From positions 1,832,715 to 1,896,714 of the forward strand of contig OX044369.1 in NCBI GenBank assembly GCA_943846765.1: a stretch of DNA of 64,000 bases, in the 5' to 3' direction. The position numbers were made by a program, and so were the translations under genes. The notes under the pieces are model-generated. The model did no database searches. It saw only the letters and a list, made by a program, of their open reading frames with translations, and was not told the DNA's origin. Of this stretch, positions 36,345 through 45,154 are shown piece by piece; positions within the stretch are counted from its first letter, which is position 1; each line of letters starts with the position of its first letter. Source of the stretch: an uncultured Arenicella sp. Its GTDB lineage: Bacteria; Pseudomonadota; Gammaproteobacteria; Arenicellales; Arenicellaceae.

Positions 36345-36460
36345 AGCGCTGTAAAAATAAACAGTATACGTTTAAACCCCGAATTTGGGAATTTTAAGTG
36401 TTGCAGGCAAAGGTAAATGTAATGAACAATATGTTTTCTATTGCTGAAGGTCAGTGATGT

Positions 36461-36476
36461 AGGCCAAGGATGGCTT
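36461..36476 (+). promoter_or_regulatory. AGGCCA-AGGA-UGGCUU hairpin (CsrA/RsmA-type GGA-loop site) in the leader of locus A
   Basis: A 6-bp RNA stem (one G.U pair) presents AGGA as the loop. The core CCAAGGATGG is identical to two copies at 56.3-56.4 kb. Confidence 0.45.
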
Positions 36477-36609
36477 TGAAATTAAGTATTCAGTCAGTCA
36501 GCTTTTCTTAAGGGGTGGCAAGCATAGTCCATCACATTTCATCCAACACCATTCATCCAAAACCATTTCACGAGACGACCTAAACCTAACTACGTCTGAG
36601 AGGGATTTC

Positions 36610-37107
36610 ATGCGAGCCACACTTATCATTTTCTGGGCACTAATCATGAGTTCCAACGCTTTACCGCTCCGGGCAGAGTATTTTGTGCCAGCTAAGGCGC
36701 TTGCAAATCAAGCTGAGTATGAAGGCGAGCCTTGCCAAGAAGGTAGCCCATATTACTCCGCTCGTAATATTGGTAAGTGGGCTTACTCCGACCGCCACCA
36801 ATTGGACTTTATGGAACTCGTCAGCGATGTCCCACCTATCCTAAAAGATCTTTATGGTGAGTGTGTCGAACAGTTGGGTGATATTGAATCACTGATTGGA
36901 CTATTGAACGTATCGGTTTACGTCAATGTAGCGTCCTTAAAGGCAATTAAAGAATTAGTGATCCAAAAAATCGTTGAAGGTGTATGCAGCGAAATTGATG
37001 AGTTCGCCTTAGAGGTCTATGCCGAAATAGCAGATGCTCTCCCACTCGGAGAGTATGCCTATAACTTAGACGAACTGTTTGAGATTAAAGTTGAGGTTGG
37101 AAAATGA
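36610..37107 (+). CDS. Small exported protein, unknown function (locus A, gene 1)
   Basis: Signal peptide (IIFWALIMSSNALPLRA), 3 Cys, acidic. Its stop overlaps the next start (ATGA). Confidence 0.6.
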   Translation: MRATLIIFWALIMSSNALPLRAEYFVPAKALANQAEYEGEPCQEGSPYYSARNIGKWAYSDRHQLDFMELVSDVPPILKDLYGECVEQLGDIESLIGLLNVSVYVNVASLKAIKELVIQKIVEGVCSEIDEFALEVYAEIADALPLGEYAYNLDELFEIKVEVGK

Positions 37108-38222
37108 ACGTTTACCTCCCTGCACTACGTATTCGAGTTTGTTGTGGATTAAAGGTGCTGCTGCTATTGGTGATTATGGTAACGCCGACTCAACAAGCTC
37201 TTGCTCAGTGCGATGCGTGTGGTACGGCGTCAGTCGCGGCCGCAGCGGTTACGGTTACGGCGGCAATTGTACAGCTTGAATCCGTGCTCTACTACGAGCT
37301 CTATAATATAGGCAATGCAATAGCGTCATTGATTACGTCTAATGCTACTTTGCTTCAAAGCTTAAAAGTATCAAATGAGAAAGGCTTTGATTTGTTGGTA
37401 ACTGAGGGCCATGTCCGCTTAGCAAAAATGGGTAGTTTAGAAGTGAAACGAGATATCAATATTGCTTTTGGTGCTATCTCCTCCGACCATTGCTACGAAG
37501 TTGAAACTACCATGGGTGCTTCTGGATCTAATACCAATGAGTACCAGCAGGCCTTGTTTTCGGCAAAGTCATTTGGCGTAGAGATTAAAGCCAATACAAA
37601 ATCACCTGCGTTACGTCGTCGAATCATGGAGGAGTATTTTCCTGACGGTGTGGATTTTGGACGCTATTTTTCGTCTAATCAAAGCTTGAACGAAATGGAT
37701 ATGCTGCACGTACCAACGTTGACGCATGTGTTGAGCCAGAGTGTCGTGTTGCCGGTTGCGCCGGTCAAGGGGCTATCCAAGGAGAATGATCGCACCCGAT
37801 ATTATCGCGAACTGAAACGTGAGCGCGACACTCATGGTGCGATTGTGGAAGACGTGCTTGCACGTGCAATTTTGACCAATGCGCCGGTTGTAAATGCCGG
37901 TGAGTACGTACACAAAACGTTAGAAAACGCGGGAATCGATCCGAGTAACTTCGTTCAAGAAGAATTCACAAGCGAAACGGGATTGGTGAAAGCAATAGGC
38001 CATTCGTCATTCGGTAACGTCTCTGCCGTGCGAAACTCAGCGTTGAGTGGCGAAGAACTTATGCGAGTACTGATAAGCGAAGTTGGTAAGACCAACTTTG
38101 TGTTGTCAAAGCAGTATGAGGCGCTCAAAGATATCCGCATGCTACAGAGATTGAGCTTTGGCAAACAGGTTGAAAGTTTTTACGAAACGCGGTTAGAAAA
38201 GGCTTTCCAGCAGCTTAACTAA
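37104..38222 (+). CDS. Exported/periplasmic protein, unknown function (locus A, gene 2; positional IcmX/TraW analogue)
   Basis: An N-terminal hydrophobic signal/anchor (LKVLLLLVIMVTPTQQALA), Cys pairs, and translational coupling to gene 1. It lies directly upstream of the DotA-like gene. Confidence 0.55.
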   Translation: MNVYLPALRIRVCCGLKVLLLLVIMVTPTQQALAQCDACGTASVAAAAVTVTAAIVQLESVLYYELYNIGNAIASLITSNATLLQSLKVSNEKGFDLLVTEGHVRLAKMGSLEVKRDINIAFGAISSDHCYEVETTMGASGSNTNEYQQALFSAKSFGVEIKANTKSPALRRRIMEEYFPDGVDFGRYFSSNQSLNEMDMLHVPTLTHVLSQSVVLPVAPVKGLSKENDRTRYYRELKRERDTHGAIVEDVLARAILTNAPVVNAGEYVHKTLENAGIDPSNFVQEEFTSETGLVKAIGHSSFGNVSAVRNSALSGEELMRVLISEVGKTNFVLSKQYEALKDIRMLQRLSFGKQVESFYETRLEKAFQQLN

Positions 38223-38303
38223 TTACATCAATCCAGTGTGTTCATTCGCGTGCAAGAAATCAAAAAATAGCGAAATGACTAATCAGGTGAACAGGGGAAT
38301 TGC

Positions 38304-40388
38304 ATGGAAGCAATGTTGGCAGAACTATTCGGTGTGGGCTGGGTAAACCTGCTCAGTAATGGCGTAGACGATAATAGCTTTGGTTCAGTCCTTGGGCTGT
38401 TGTTTGGCTTGTTTAATGCGGCCGTTGCTCTCGTTACCGTAGGCGTTTTGTTTATGGTTGCAGTGACCGCCATTGCTGATACAGCACAGTCTGGCCAAGT
38501 AATGGGCCGCAATAGCTCGCTTTGGGTGCCTGTACGTGCGGTACTCGCGGCCACTCTTTTAGTGCCTGTGGTTAAGGGTTTCTCTCTCCTGCAGGTCCTT
38601 ATTCTTTCGTTGGTAGTCAACTTTAGTGTGACGCTAGCCAATACCATGGCAAGCGAAGCGGTCAGTTCGATCGTGCAAAATGGTATAGGGTTTAGTGATC
38701 CCGTTGCCGCACAGGTGCACGGTGTTGCAGAGCAAGTGTTGTTTAGTAGCGTGTGCCAGAACTATTACAATACGATCGAATACGACCCTGGGCAAGGTGC
38801 GGGTGGCCAGATTGTAGAAGCACAGTCAGTAGAAATAGCGAATGGTCTACGCAGAGTCCGTTGGTCATTTAACGGTGATGCATATTCGGGGCAAGGCGAA
38901 GCCGCCTGCGGTGCCTATTTTGTAACCTGTCCAGACCAAGACGCCGACACACTCACTATGTGCGATGAACAACTGGCGTCGTTAAAACAATTGAAATTGG
39001 AGCTAGACCCAATAGCGTTGAGCATAATTGCTAGTCAGTCAGCGAGCAGTATAGAGGTCGCTCGCGCTTCGCTGCGTTATCAAGAGCGGCAAAGCCAAGT
39101 GCTTAAGAAGCGTATGGCGAAAGTGGCGTTCGACCAGCAACACACGGCTGCGCGTAACGAGTTGATTGAGGCAATAGATTCCAAGGGTTTCGCTTTCTTG
39201 GGACAGTGGTACATGACGCTCGCGGCGCTTAATCATAAAAATCAAAGCTATGCGAAAGCGACGTTGGATAGCTTGCCAATTGATCAAAGTAAGGCAATAC
39301 AACACCGTATAGGGGTGTTCGCTTATTTGGAGCGAACACAGTCTATGTTGAGGGTAAAGTCTGAAGCGCTCTCATTGACCGCGGGTCGTCTCAGCGAAGA
39401 CGCTAAACGACAACGAGAGATTGGGGGTGTATTGGGAGGCGAAGGCACTTTGGGTAATTATCTGGCAAGTCATTCAGAGCTTAACTTGGTCGGAGAAGGA
39501 ACAGACGCATCAACGCTATTCAACTTTGATACAGACCCTCTAACGGGTTTGCAGCAGCTTGGTAGCACTATGGTAACGCTGACTACCGCGTTCTGGAGTG
39601 AGTCGCGCATGCAAGGGGCAAAGCTAAAACGCTCTGATCAGGATGAGCAAGTCACCCAGATGATTATGCGTGCATCCAACACGTTGAACTTCAAAAAAGA
39701 TCCGCAACAGAGTTACGAAGGCCAATTAGAAACGTTCGCCAGCTACATTATGATTATTTTGTTTCTCGCCGGTCTAACACTCATGTATTACTTGCCCGCT
39801 GTGCCTTTTATCCTCTGGACCATGGGTGTTGTTGGGTATTTAGTGTTGGTGTTGGAGTCTTTAATAGCCGCCCCGTTATGGGCTGCCTCGCACGCACTGC
39901 CTAAGGGGCAAGGGCTTAGCTCTGACGCTTCTCGGCATGGGTACATTTTGTTGTTGAACCTTGCTATTCGTCCGCCCTTGATGGTGCTTGGTTTGCTGGC
40001 CGGTGGTGCACTAATGGCATTGGCCGCCAAGTTCGCCGTCGCAACGTTTGATATTTACAGTGCATCACTGCTTGAGAGTAGGGTGGAGATCTCTTCGTTG
40101 CTCACGTTTGTTACATTGTTTGTCGTCGAAGTGATTATAGTGATTGGGCTCGTGCACAAATCACTTGCGCTTATTTATGAGGCTAGCGACAAAGCCGTTG
40201 AGTGGGTGACGGGTGCATCACGTACAGGGTCAGATGCAGGTGATGCACAGAGAGCGTCGGGTTCAGCCTCTGGAGCGCAACGATCAGGCGAAGCCGCATT
40301 GGGGAGAGCGAGTTACTCTGCACGAGCTGGCGGAGCAGTTGGTGCCGCAGGCGGTACAGACCCTGCAGCTAACCAGACTCTTCGATAG
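38304..40388 (+). CDS. DotA/TraY-family polytopic membrane protein (type IVB secretion-associated)
   Basis: The N-terminal block GLLFGLFNAAVALVTVGVLFMVAVTAIADTAQSGQVMGRNSSLWVPVRAVLAATLLVP matches the conserved DotA/TraY block as I recall it. The topology is 3-4 N-terminal TMs, a ~330-aa Cys-containing exported domain and 4-5 C-terminal TMs. The tail is Ala/Gly/Ser-rich. Confidence 0.6.
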   Translation: MEAMLAELFGVGWVNLLSNGVDDNSFGSVLGLLFGLFNAAVALVTVGVLFMVAVTAIADTAQSGQVMGRNSSLWVPVRAVLAATLLVPVVKGFSLLQVLILSLVVNFSVTLANTMASEAVSSIVQNGIGFSDPVAAQVHGVAEQVLFSSVCQNYYNTIEYDPGQGAGGQIVEAQSVEIANGLRRVRWSFNGDAYSGQGEAACGAYFVTCPDQDADTLTMCDEQLASLKQLKLELDPIALSIIASQSASSIEVARASLRYQERQSQVLKKRMAKVAFDQQHTAARNELIEAIDSKGFAFLGQWYMTLAALNHKNQSYAKATLDSLPIDQSKAIQHRIGVFAYLERTQSMLRVKSEALSLTAGRLSEDAKRQREIGGVLGGEGTLGNYLASHSELNLVGEGTDASTLFNFDTDPLTGLQQLGSTMVTLTTAFWSESRMQGAKLKRSDQDEQVTQMIMRASNTLNFKKDPQQSYEGQLETFASYIMIILFLAGLTLMYYLPAVPFILWTMGVVGYLVLVLESLIAAPLWAASHALPKGQGLSSDASRHGYILLLNLAIRPPLMVLGLLAGGALMALAAKFAVATFDIYSASLLESRVEISSLLTFVTLFVVEVIIVIGLVHKSLALIYEASDKAVEWVTGASRTGSDAGDAQRASGSASGAQRSGEAALGRASYSARAGGAVGAAGGTDPAANQTLR

Positions 40389-40413
40389 CGTTGTAAGGCC
40401 AACTATTGCCGAA

Positions 40414-40650
40414 TTAGGCCGCATGACGTGGCGAGAGAAAAGCCATCAAGTCGTCATAGCCGCCAATGTGTTGTTCTTCAAAAAAGATTTGCGGAACAGT
40501 AGTGCGACCACTTCGCGCAACCATTTCTTGGCGTTTCTCAAGATCGAACTCCACGTCGATTTCAGTGAACTCAATGTCACGATTTTTAAGCACTTTCTTA
40601 GCCGCGCGGCAATAAGGGCAATAGTCTTTAGTGTAGATAGTATTCTTCAT
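40414..40650 (-). CDS. grxC: Glutaredoxin 3
   Basis: YTKDYCPYCRAAK active site and RSGRTTVPQIFFEEQHIGGYDDL. 78 aa. Confidence 0.9.
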   Translation of the reverse strand: MKNTIYTKDYCPYCRAAKKVLKNRDIEFTEIDVEFDLEKRQEMVARSGRTTVPQIFFEEQHIGGYDDLMAFLSPRHAA

Positions 40651-40785
40651 GTTCAGGTCCTAGTTTTCGTTGGTAATACATTGCTCATACAGTGAGGAGT
40701 GCTGTTTATAAGCTTAGAATTGTCTCGTTGTCGCTGAGAGTCATCAGGCTTTCTGTCATACTAGTGATCTACCTAAGTTTGTACT

Positions 40786-41343
40786 ATGTTCGGAGCACCT
40801 ACCTCTATGACCGATCGTCTATTTCGTACCCCTTTAAAAACACTGACCGTATTGCTAGGTTTATTCGCGCTAGCGGCGTGCTCGTCTATCTCAGTAAAAC
40901 TGCCCAGCATTGGCGCGGATAAGCCTGTTGAAATTGCCGAAGACTTTTTTGAGGTCTATCGAGAGCGTCAAGATTTTGAGGCGTTAATGGGGTTTTACGC
41001 TGAGGAAGCGTAATTAGAAGATCTAATTTACGGACACTTTGCAGAAGATAAAGCGTCTATCAGAGCGTTCTTAAATTGGAACGATAACAAGTTTGAGCTT
41101 CCTAACGGCCCGCCAGCATTAGAAGTTACATCATTGACTGCGCAAAGCTCAAGAGTGGTTGCGCAAGGTTACTTCAAACCATTTAGTTATGACGGAAAGT
41201 CTTTTGGCCCGTGGCGCTTTGTGATTATTTTGGAGTTTAATGACGATGGAAAAATCGTACGCGAAATTGATTGGATTAACTACACGCCGCGCGAAAACTT
41301 TTTAGGTGGTAAAGACATAAATACGTTGGGTCGGGTTAAGTAA
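40786..41343 (+). pseudogene. SnoaL/NTF2-like lipoprotein gene interrupted by one in-frame TAA (41011..41013)
   Basis: ORFs 40786..41013 and 41134..41343 are in the same frame. Codons 41014..41133 contain no stop and read LEDLIYGHFAEDKASIRAFLNWNDNKFELPNGPPALEVTS. Lipobox LFALAAC. Confidence 0.7.
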
Positions 41344-41378
41344 GGCACTCCGTTTTCAGGTCAAACAAAAAGCAATAA

Positions 41379-41405
41379 AAAAGGCTAGCCCATTGCTAGC
41401 CTTTT
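41379..41405. terminator. Bidirectional rho-independent terminator
   Basis: AAAAGGCTAGC-CCATT-GCTAGCCTTTT lies between convergent genes. Confidence 0.8.
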
Positions 41406-41434
41406 AAATGGATAAAGAAGTATGCGGCATTACA

Positions 41435-41929
41435 CTAAGAAAGCAGCATGTGATTAAGGTAGATTGCCGCATCTCGCATATCGAAGAAAAACGAAAATAG
41501 AACAACAAACGTAATCCATCCAGCCCATACCGAGTAAGCACTTAGCGGGCCAAGAAAAGCATGTTCTTTAACTAGCTTATATAGCCCAGGCGACCAAAAC
41601 ACGATATGCACTAGAGCAACTAATCCTGAAAGCGGCAGTAAGTCGAACACCGAGAAGGCGATTTTGCTGAATAGTATTCCTGCTACAAATCCGCCGATTA
41701 ACCAACGTGCTGGAATGTGGTTTTTTAGAAATAAAATGCCGGCTAGAAAGCTCATTGCCATTATGCCAATCCAAACTTGTACCCACTGGGGTGTAGCTTG
41801 CCAGCCTTGTTCGTCAAACACTTGCAAGGCGCCGTGACCGGGAGTGTAAAGCTCGCCCTCCTGTGCGACGCTAACACCGCATAGGCTTAATAAAACAGTT
41901 AGACATAACAGCTTGATAGCAAAGGTCAT
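41435..41929 (-). CDS. Integral membrane protein, unknown function
   Basis: A signal peptide plus about 4 TM helices. 164 aa. Confidence 0.55.
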   Translation of the reverse strand: MTFAIKLLCLTVLLSLCGVSVAQEGELYTPGHGALQVFDEQGWQATPQWVQVWIGIMAMSFLAGILFLKNHIPARWLIGGFVAGILFSKIAFSVFDLLPLSGLVALVHIVFWSPGLYKLVKEHAFLGPLSAYSVWAGWITFVVLFSFFFDMRDAAIYLNHMLLS

Positions 41930-41992
41930 AAATAATCCTCAATAGTGGATTGCAACTTGATGTCTAATCACTTTAGCATGAACGACAAACAC

Positions 41993-42026
41993 AAAAAAAG
42001 CCGCAGACCCTAAGGTGCACGGCTTT
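41993..42026 (-). terminator. Probable rho-independent terminator (minus strand)
   Basis: On the minus strand: AAAGCCG...CGGC stem followed by TTTTTTT, 70 nt after the stop of 42096..42392. Confidence 0.5.
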
Positions 42027-42095
42027 AGTTGACGCTGTAAGCATTCCAATACACTAGGCTGCAAATCCAGCGTAATGGGCCTGTGTCAGAATGAT

Positions 42096-42392
42096 CTAGC
42101 TTTGAGCGTCAGCCTGATCGATAACTAGATCAGATTTAGGAAACTCATTAAATGGGAACGGTCGTTCGTCGGTATTGAACGTCACGTATCGTAATATATC
42201 TTGTATGTATTTAGCGAGCATGTCACCAAATTTCAATAAGTTGTGGTTTGGCTTTCCCGAAAATATAGTGAAAGCACACTGCGCAACGACCACTGCCGCT
42301 ATAACGAGCTGTGTGACGTAAAATACTATCCAAAATAGAACAACAAACAATACACGCATCCAGGCGTTCTTATTCTCATAATTTTGACTCAT
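42096..42392 (-). CDS. Small membrane protein (possibly DUF4389)
   Basis: Two TM helices (VLFVVLFWIVFYVTQLVIAAVVVAQCAF). 98 aa. Confidence 0.5.
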   Translation of the reverse strand: MSQNYENKNAWMRVLFVVLFWIVFYVTQLVIAAVVVAQCAFTIFSGKPNHNLLKFGDMLAKYIQDILRYVTFNTDERPFPFNEFPKSDLVIDQADAQS

Positions 42393-42487
42393 GGTAAATC
42401 CTCTAAAATAGTCTGTTTTAACTTAACTTATGAGGTCTTTTCTTTGATTTCCAAGAGCAATACCAGCAAGGAATTGTGAGGTATAAT

Positions 42488-42506
42488 TTAATTATCATAT
42501 AATTAA
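42488..42506. promoter_or_regulatory. Perfect palindrome TTAATTAT-CAT-ATAATTAA upstream of dgoD
   Basis: 8-bp arms and a 3-bp spacer, 40 nt before the dgoD ATG. It may be an operator, or just AT-rich promoter DNA. Confidence 0.35.
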
Positions 42507-42545
42507 GAATTCCATTGCGACTTTGACGCTTAAAATTACTCAGAT

Positions 42546-43694
42546 ATGAAAATCACTCAAATTAGACTTTACTCCGTTGCACCCCGCTGGTTGTTTCTGG
42601 CTATTGATACTGACGAAGGTATTACTGGCTGGGGAGAGCCTGTTATTGAAGGCAGGGCTGATTCTGTTGAAGCGGCCGTTAAAGAGCTGTCGTCTTATAT
42701 TATTGGTCGTGACCCGAGTCGAATCAACGATATTTGGCAGACCCTTTATCGTGGTGGATTTTATCGAGGTGGGCCCATATTGATGTCGGCGATTGCCGGT
42801 ATCGATCAAGCTTTGTGGGACATCAAGGGCAAAGTAATGGGGCAGCCCGTTTATGAGCTATTAGGTGGTTTAGTGCGCGACAAGATGAAAACCTATTCGT
42901 GGGTGGGTGGTGATGACCCGTCCGAAGAAGTGGAACAGATGCAGCGCCTAATGGAATCCGGATGGGATACGTTTAAGCTTAATGGCTGTGGTCGTCTAAA
43001 GATTGTTGATGGTTATAAGGCCGTTGATCAGGTGGTAGCTCGGATTGACCGCATTCGCGGCGAGTTAGGCGACAGCGTCGATTTTGGTTTAGATTTTCAT
43101 GGTCGCGTCAGTGTGCCTATGGCTAAGGTTTTGTTGCGAGAGCTAGAGCCCTATAGGCCGTTGTTTGTCGAAGAGCCTGTGCTTGCAGAGCAAGCTGAGC
43201 AATATGCCACTTTAAGCCAGTCGACCAGTATAGTGTTGGCCGCGGGCGAGCGAATGTTCAGTCGTTTTGAGTTTAAGCGAGTTTTTGAAGCTGGCGGATT
43301 GGGAATCGTACAGCCTGATCTTTCGCATGCAGGTGGCATTACCGAATGTCTGAAAATTGCGGGTATGGCCGAGGCGTACGATGTTGCCTTAGCACCACAC
43401 TGTCCGTTAGGTCCAGTTGCGCTTGCTGCCTGTCTAGCCGTTGATTTTGTGTCGCACAACGCTGTTCTACAGGAGCAGTCGATGGGGATTCATTACAACA
43501 AAGGCGCCGAACTGTTAGATTATGTTGTGAATAAAGATGACTTCGCTATCGAGAACGGCTATATCAAACCATTGCCCAAACCTGGCTTAGGCGTTGAGAT
43601 TGACGAAGAGTATTTAACTGAAATGGCCAGAAAAGGCAGCGATTGGAAAAATCCTTTATGGCGACATGAAGACGGAAGTATCGCCGAGTGGTGA
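42546..43694 (+). CDS. dgoD: D-galactonate dehydratase
   Basis: Near-collinear with E. coli DgoD as recalled (MKIT...PRW(L/M)FL...TDEG(I/V)(T/V)[11 protein letters not shown]..., [21 protein letters not shown](I/V)AEW). Confidence 0.9.
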   Translation: MKITQIRLYSVAPRWLFLAIDTDEGITGWGEPVIEGRADSVEAAVKELSSYIIGRDPSRINDIWQTLYRGGFYRGGPILMSAIAGIDQALWDIKGKVMGQPVYELLGGLVRDKMKTYSWVGGDDPSEEVEQMQRLMESGWDTFKLNGCGRLKIVDGYKAVDQVVARIDRIRGELGDSVDFGLDFHGRVSVPMAKVLLRELEPYRPLFVEEPVLAEQAEQYATLSQSTSIVLAAGERMFSRFEFKRVFEAGGLGIVQPDLSHAGGITECLKIAGMAEAYDVALAPHCPLGPVALAACLAVDFVSHNAVLQEQSMGIHYNKGAELLDYVVNKDDFAIENGYIKPLPKPGLGVEIDEEYLTEMARKGSDWKNPLWRHEDGSIAEW

Positions 43695-43858
43695 AGGCGG
43701 CTATCCAAGTCACCAGCAATCCAAGTCAATACAAGTTATTACCCCCAGTTTATGAAGACATAATGTAATGCCTTGCCTGCTAGAATTGCATTTTTTAGTG
43801 TGACCCGCTATTGCAGCTCTATTTGTACTAGAATCCTGATTTTATCCAATATCTTTAC

Positions 43859-45154
43859 TTGTACCGAATCCTAACTATGTTGAGAGCTCTTCTTTTATCA
43901 CTATCCGTGCTTGCTGGGCTGGTGCTTGCTTCACTTTGGCCCAATAGCCTTGTAGCTGAAACCTCGGCGAATCGCTTCAGCGAGTACTACGACCAGATCT
44001 ATCAGGTTCGCGTGTTCAGTCCAGAGGCAGGCAGCAAATCGTCGATCGGTTCAGGTTTTCAGGTTACGGCCGATGGTCTCATCGCAACCAACTACCACGT
44101 CGTCTCTGACTTTGTACAAAGACCCGAAAAACATCAAGTTGAATACCGTTCCCACACTGGTGAAACGGGTTCGTTGGAGTTGTTGGACTTTGATGTCGTG
44201 AATGATCTTGCGCTACTGCGTATTGATCAGCCAGCAGACCGGTTTTTCAGCTTGTCTGGTGATACACGCCAAGAACCCTCTAGCGCACAAAGTAAAGGTG
44301 GATTGGTCTACGCTTTAGGCAATCCTAGAGATTACGGCGTGACTTTAGTCCAGGGTTTTAATAATGGTTTGGTCGCCCACAGCTATAACGATCAACTGTT
44401 ATTCTCCGGCAGCTTAAACCCTGGGATGAGCGGTGGGCCAACGCTCAACGCTAACGCCGAAGTTGTGGGTGTTAATGTAGCAACGGCAGGCAGTCAATTG
44501 AGCTTTTTGATTCCGGCCGACAAGCTTATAAACTTAATCAGCGTGGGTCGAGCGCTCGAACAATCTGATTATCAAGACGAAATTGCGACTCAGATTAAGC
44601 AATGGCAAAGACCTCGGCTCCAATCTCTCATTGATGAACCATGGCCTACAGAAACGTTTGCTGATCGAGAGCTTTTTGGAGAAATCAGAAAGGACTTTCA
44701 ATGCTGGGGTGATACGAATAGCGATAACGTGAATCGGTCGGTTGCTTGGACAAATAGAAATTGCCAAACTGCCAACCAGGTTTTTCTTTCTGGCCGCCTT
44801 AATATAGGTCAATTGTTGTTTTCGTTTAGCGAGCAAGAAAGTATCAAGCTCAATAGATTTCAGTTTGCACAAACCTTGAGTCCAGATATGGGCGCAGACA
44901 ATCAGTCAAACTTTGAAAATTCCACCAGTTTTAAATGTAAGACTGGATTTTTAGACACGCAGCAAAAAGGCCAATATCGCCGCATTAATAGCTGTATTAG
45001 AGCGCATAAGAAACTTCATGGTCTATTCGACAGTCTCTTGTTGGTGGAAGTGAACGAAGGCTTAACCAGCTTTCTGGCACACCTCTCCATAGCTGGTGCT
45101 GAGCCAGACCAGATTAAGGCGTTGAATACTAAGTTTACGGAGCGTGTGCAATGA
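43859..45154 (+). CDS. Exported trypsin-like (S1) serine protease with an unknown Cys-containing C-terminal domain
   Basis: Catalytic triad contexts TNYHVV, NDLALL and NPGMSGGP, plus a signal peptide. ATG 43877 is a likely start. Confidence 0.75.
   Translation: MYRILTMLRALLLSLSVLAGLVLASLWPNSLVAETSANRFSEYYDQIYQVRVFSPEAGSKSSIGSGFQVTADGLIATNYHVVSDFVQRPEKHQVEYRSHTGETGSLELLDFDVVNDLALLRIDQPADRFFSLSGDTRQEPSSAQSKGGLVYALGNPRDYGVTLVQGFNNGLVAHSYNDQLLFSGSLNPGMSGGPTLNANAEVVGVNVATAGSQLSFLIPADKLINLISVGRALEQSDYQDEIATQIKQWQRPRLQSLIDEPWPTETFADRELFGEIRKDFQCWGDTNSDNVNRSVAWTNRNCQTANQVFLSGRLNIGQLLFSFSEQESIKLNRFQFAQTLSPDMGADNQSNFENSTSFKCKTGFLDTQQKGQYRRINSCIRAHKKLHGLFDSLLLVEVNEGLTSFLAHLSIAGAEPDQIKALNTKFTERVQ

Noticed and set aside
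40213-40695. 160-aa plus-strand ORF spanning the DotA-like tail and the glutaredoxin gene.
   Set aside because: It is out of frame with the DotA-like gene and antisense to a textbook grxC. It has no recognisable motifs.
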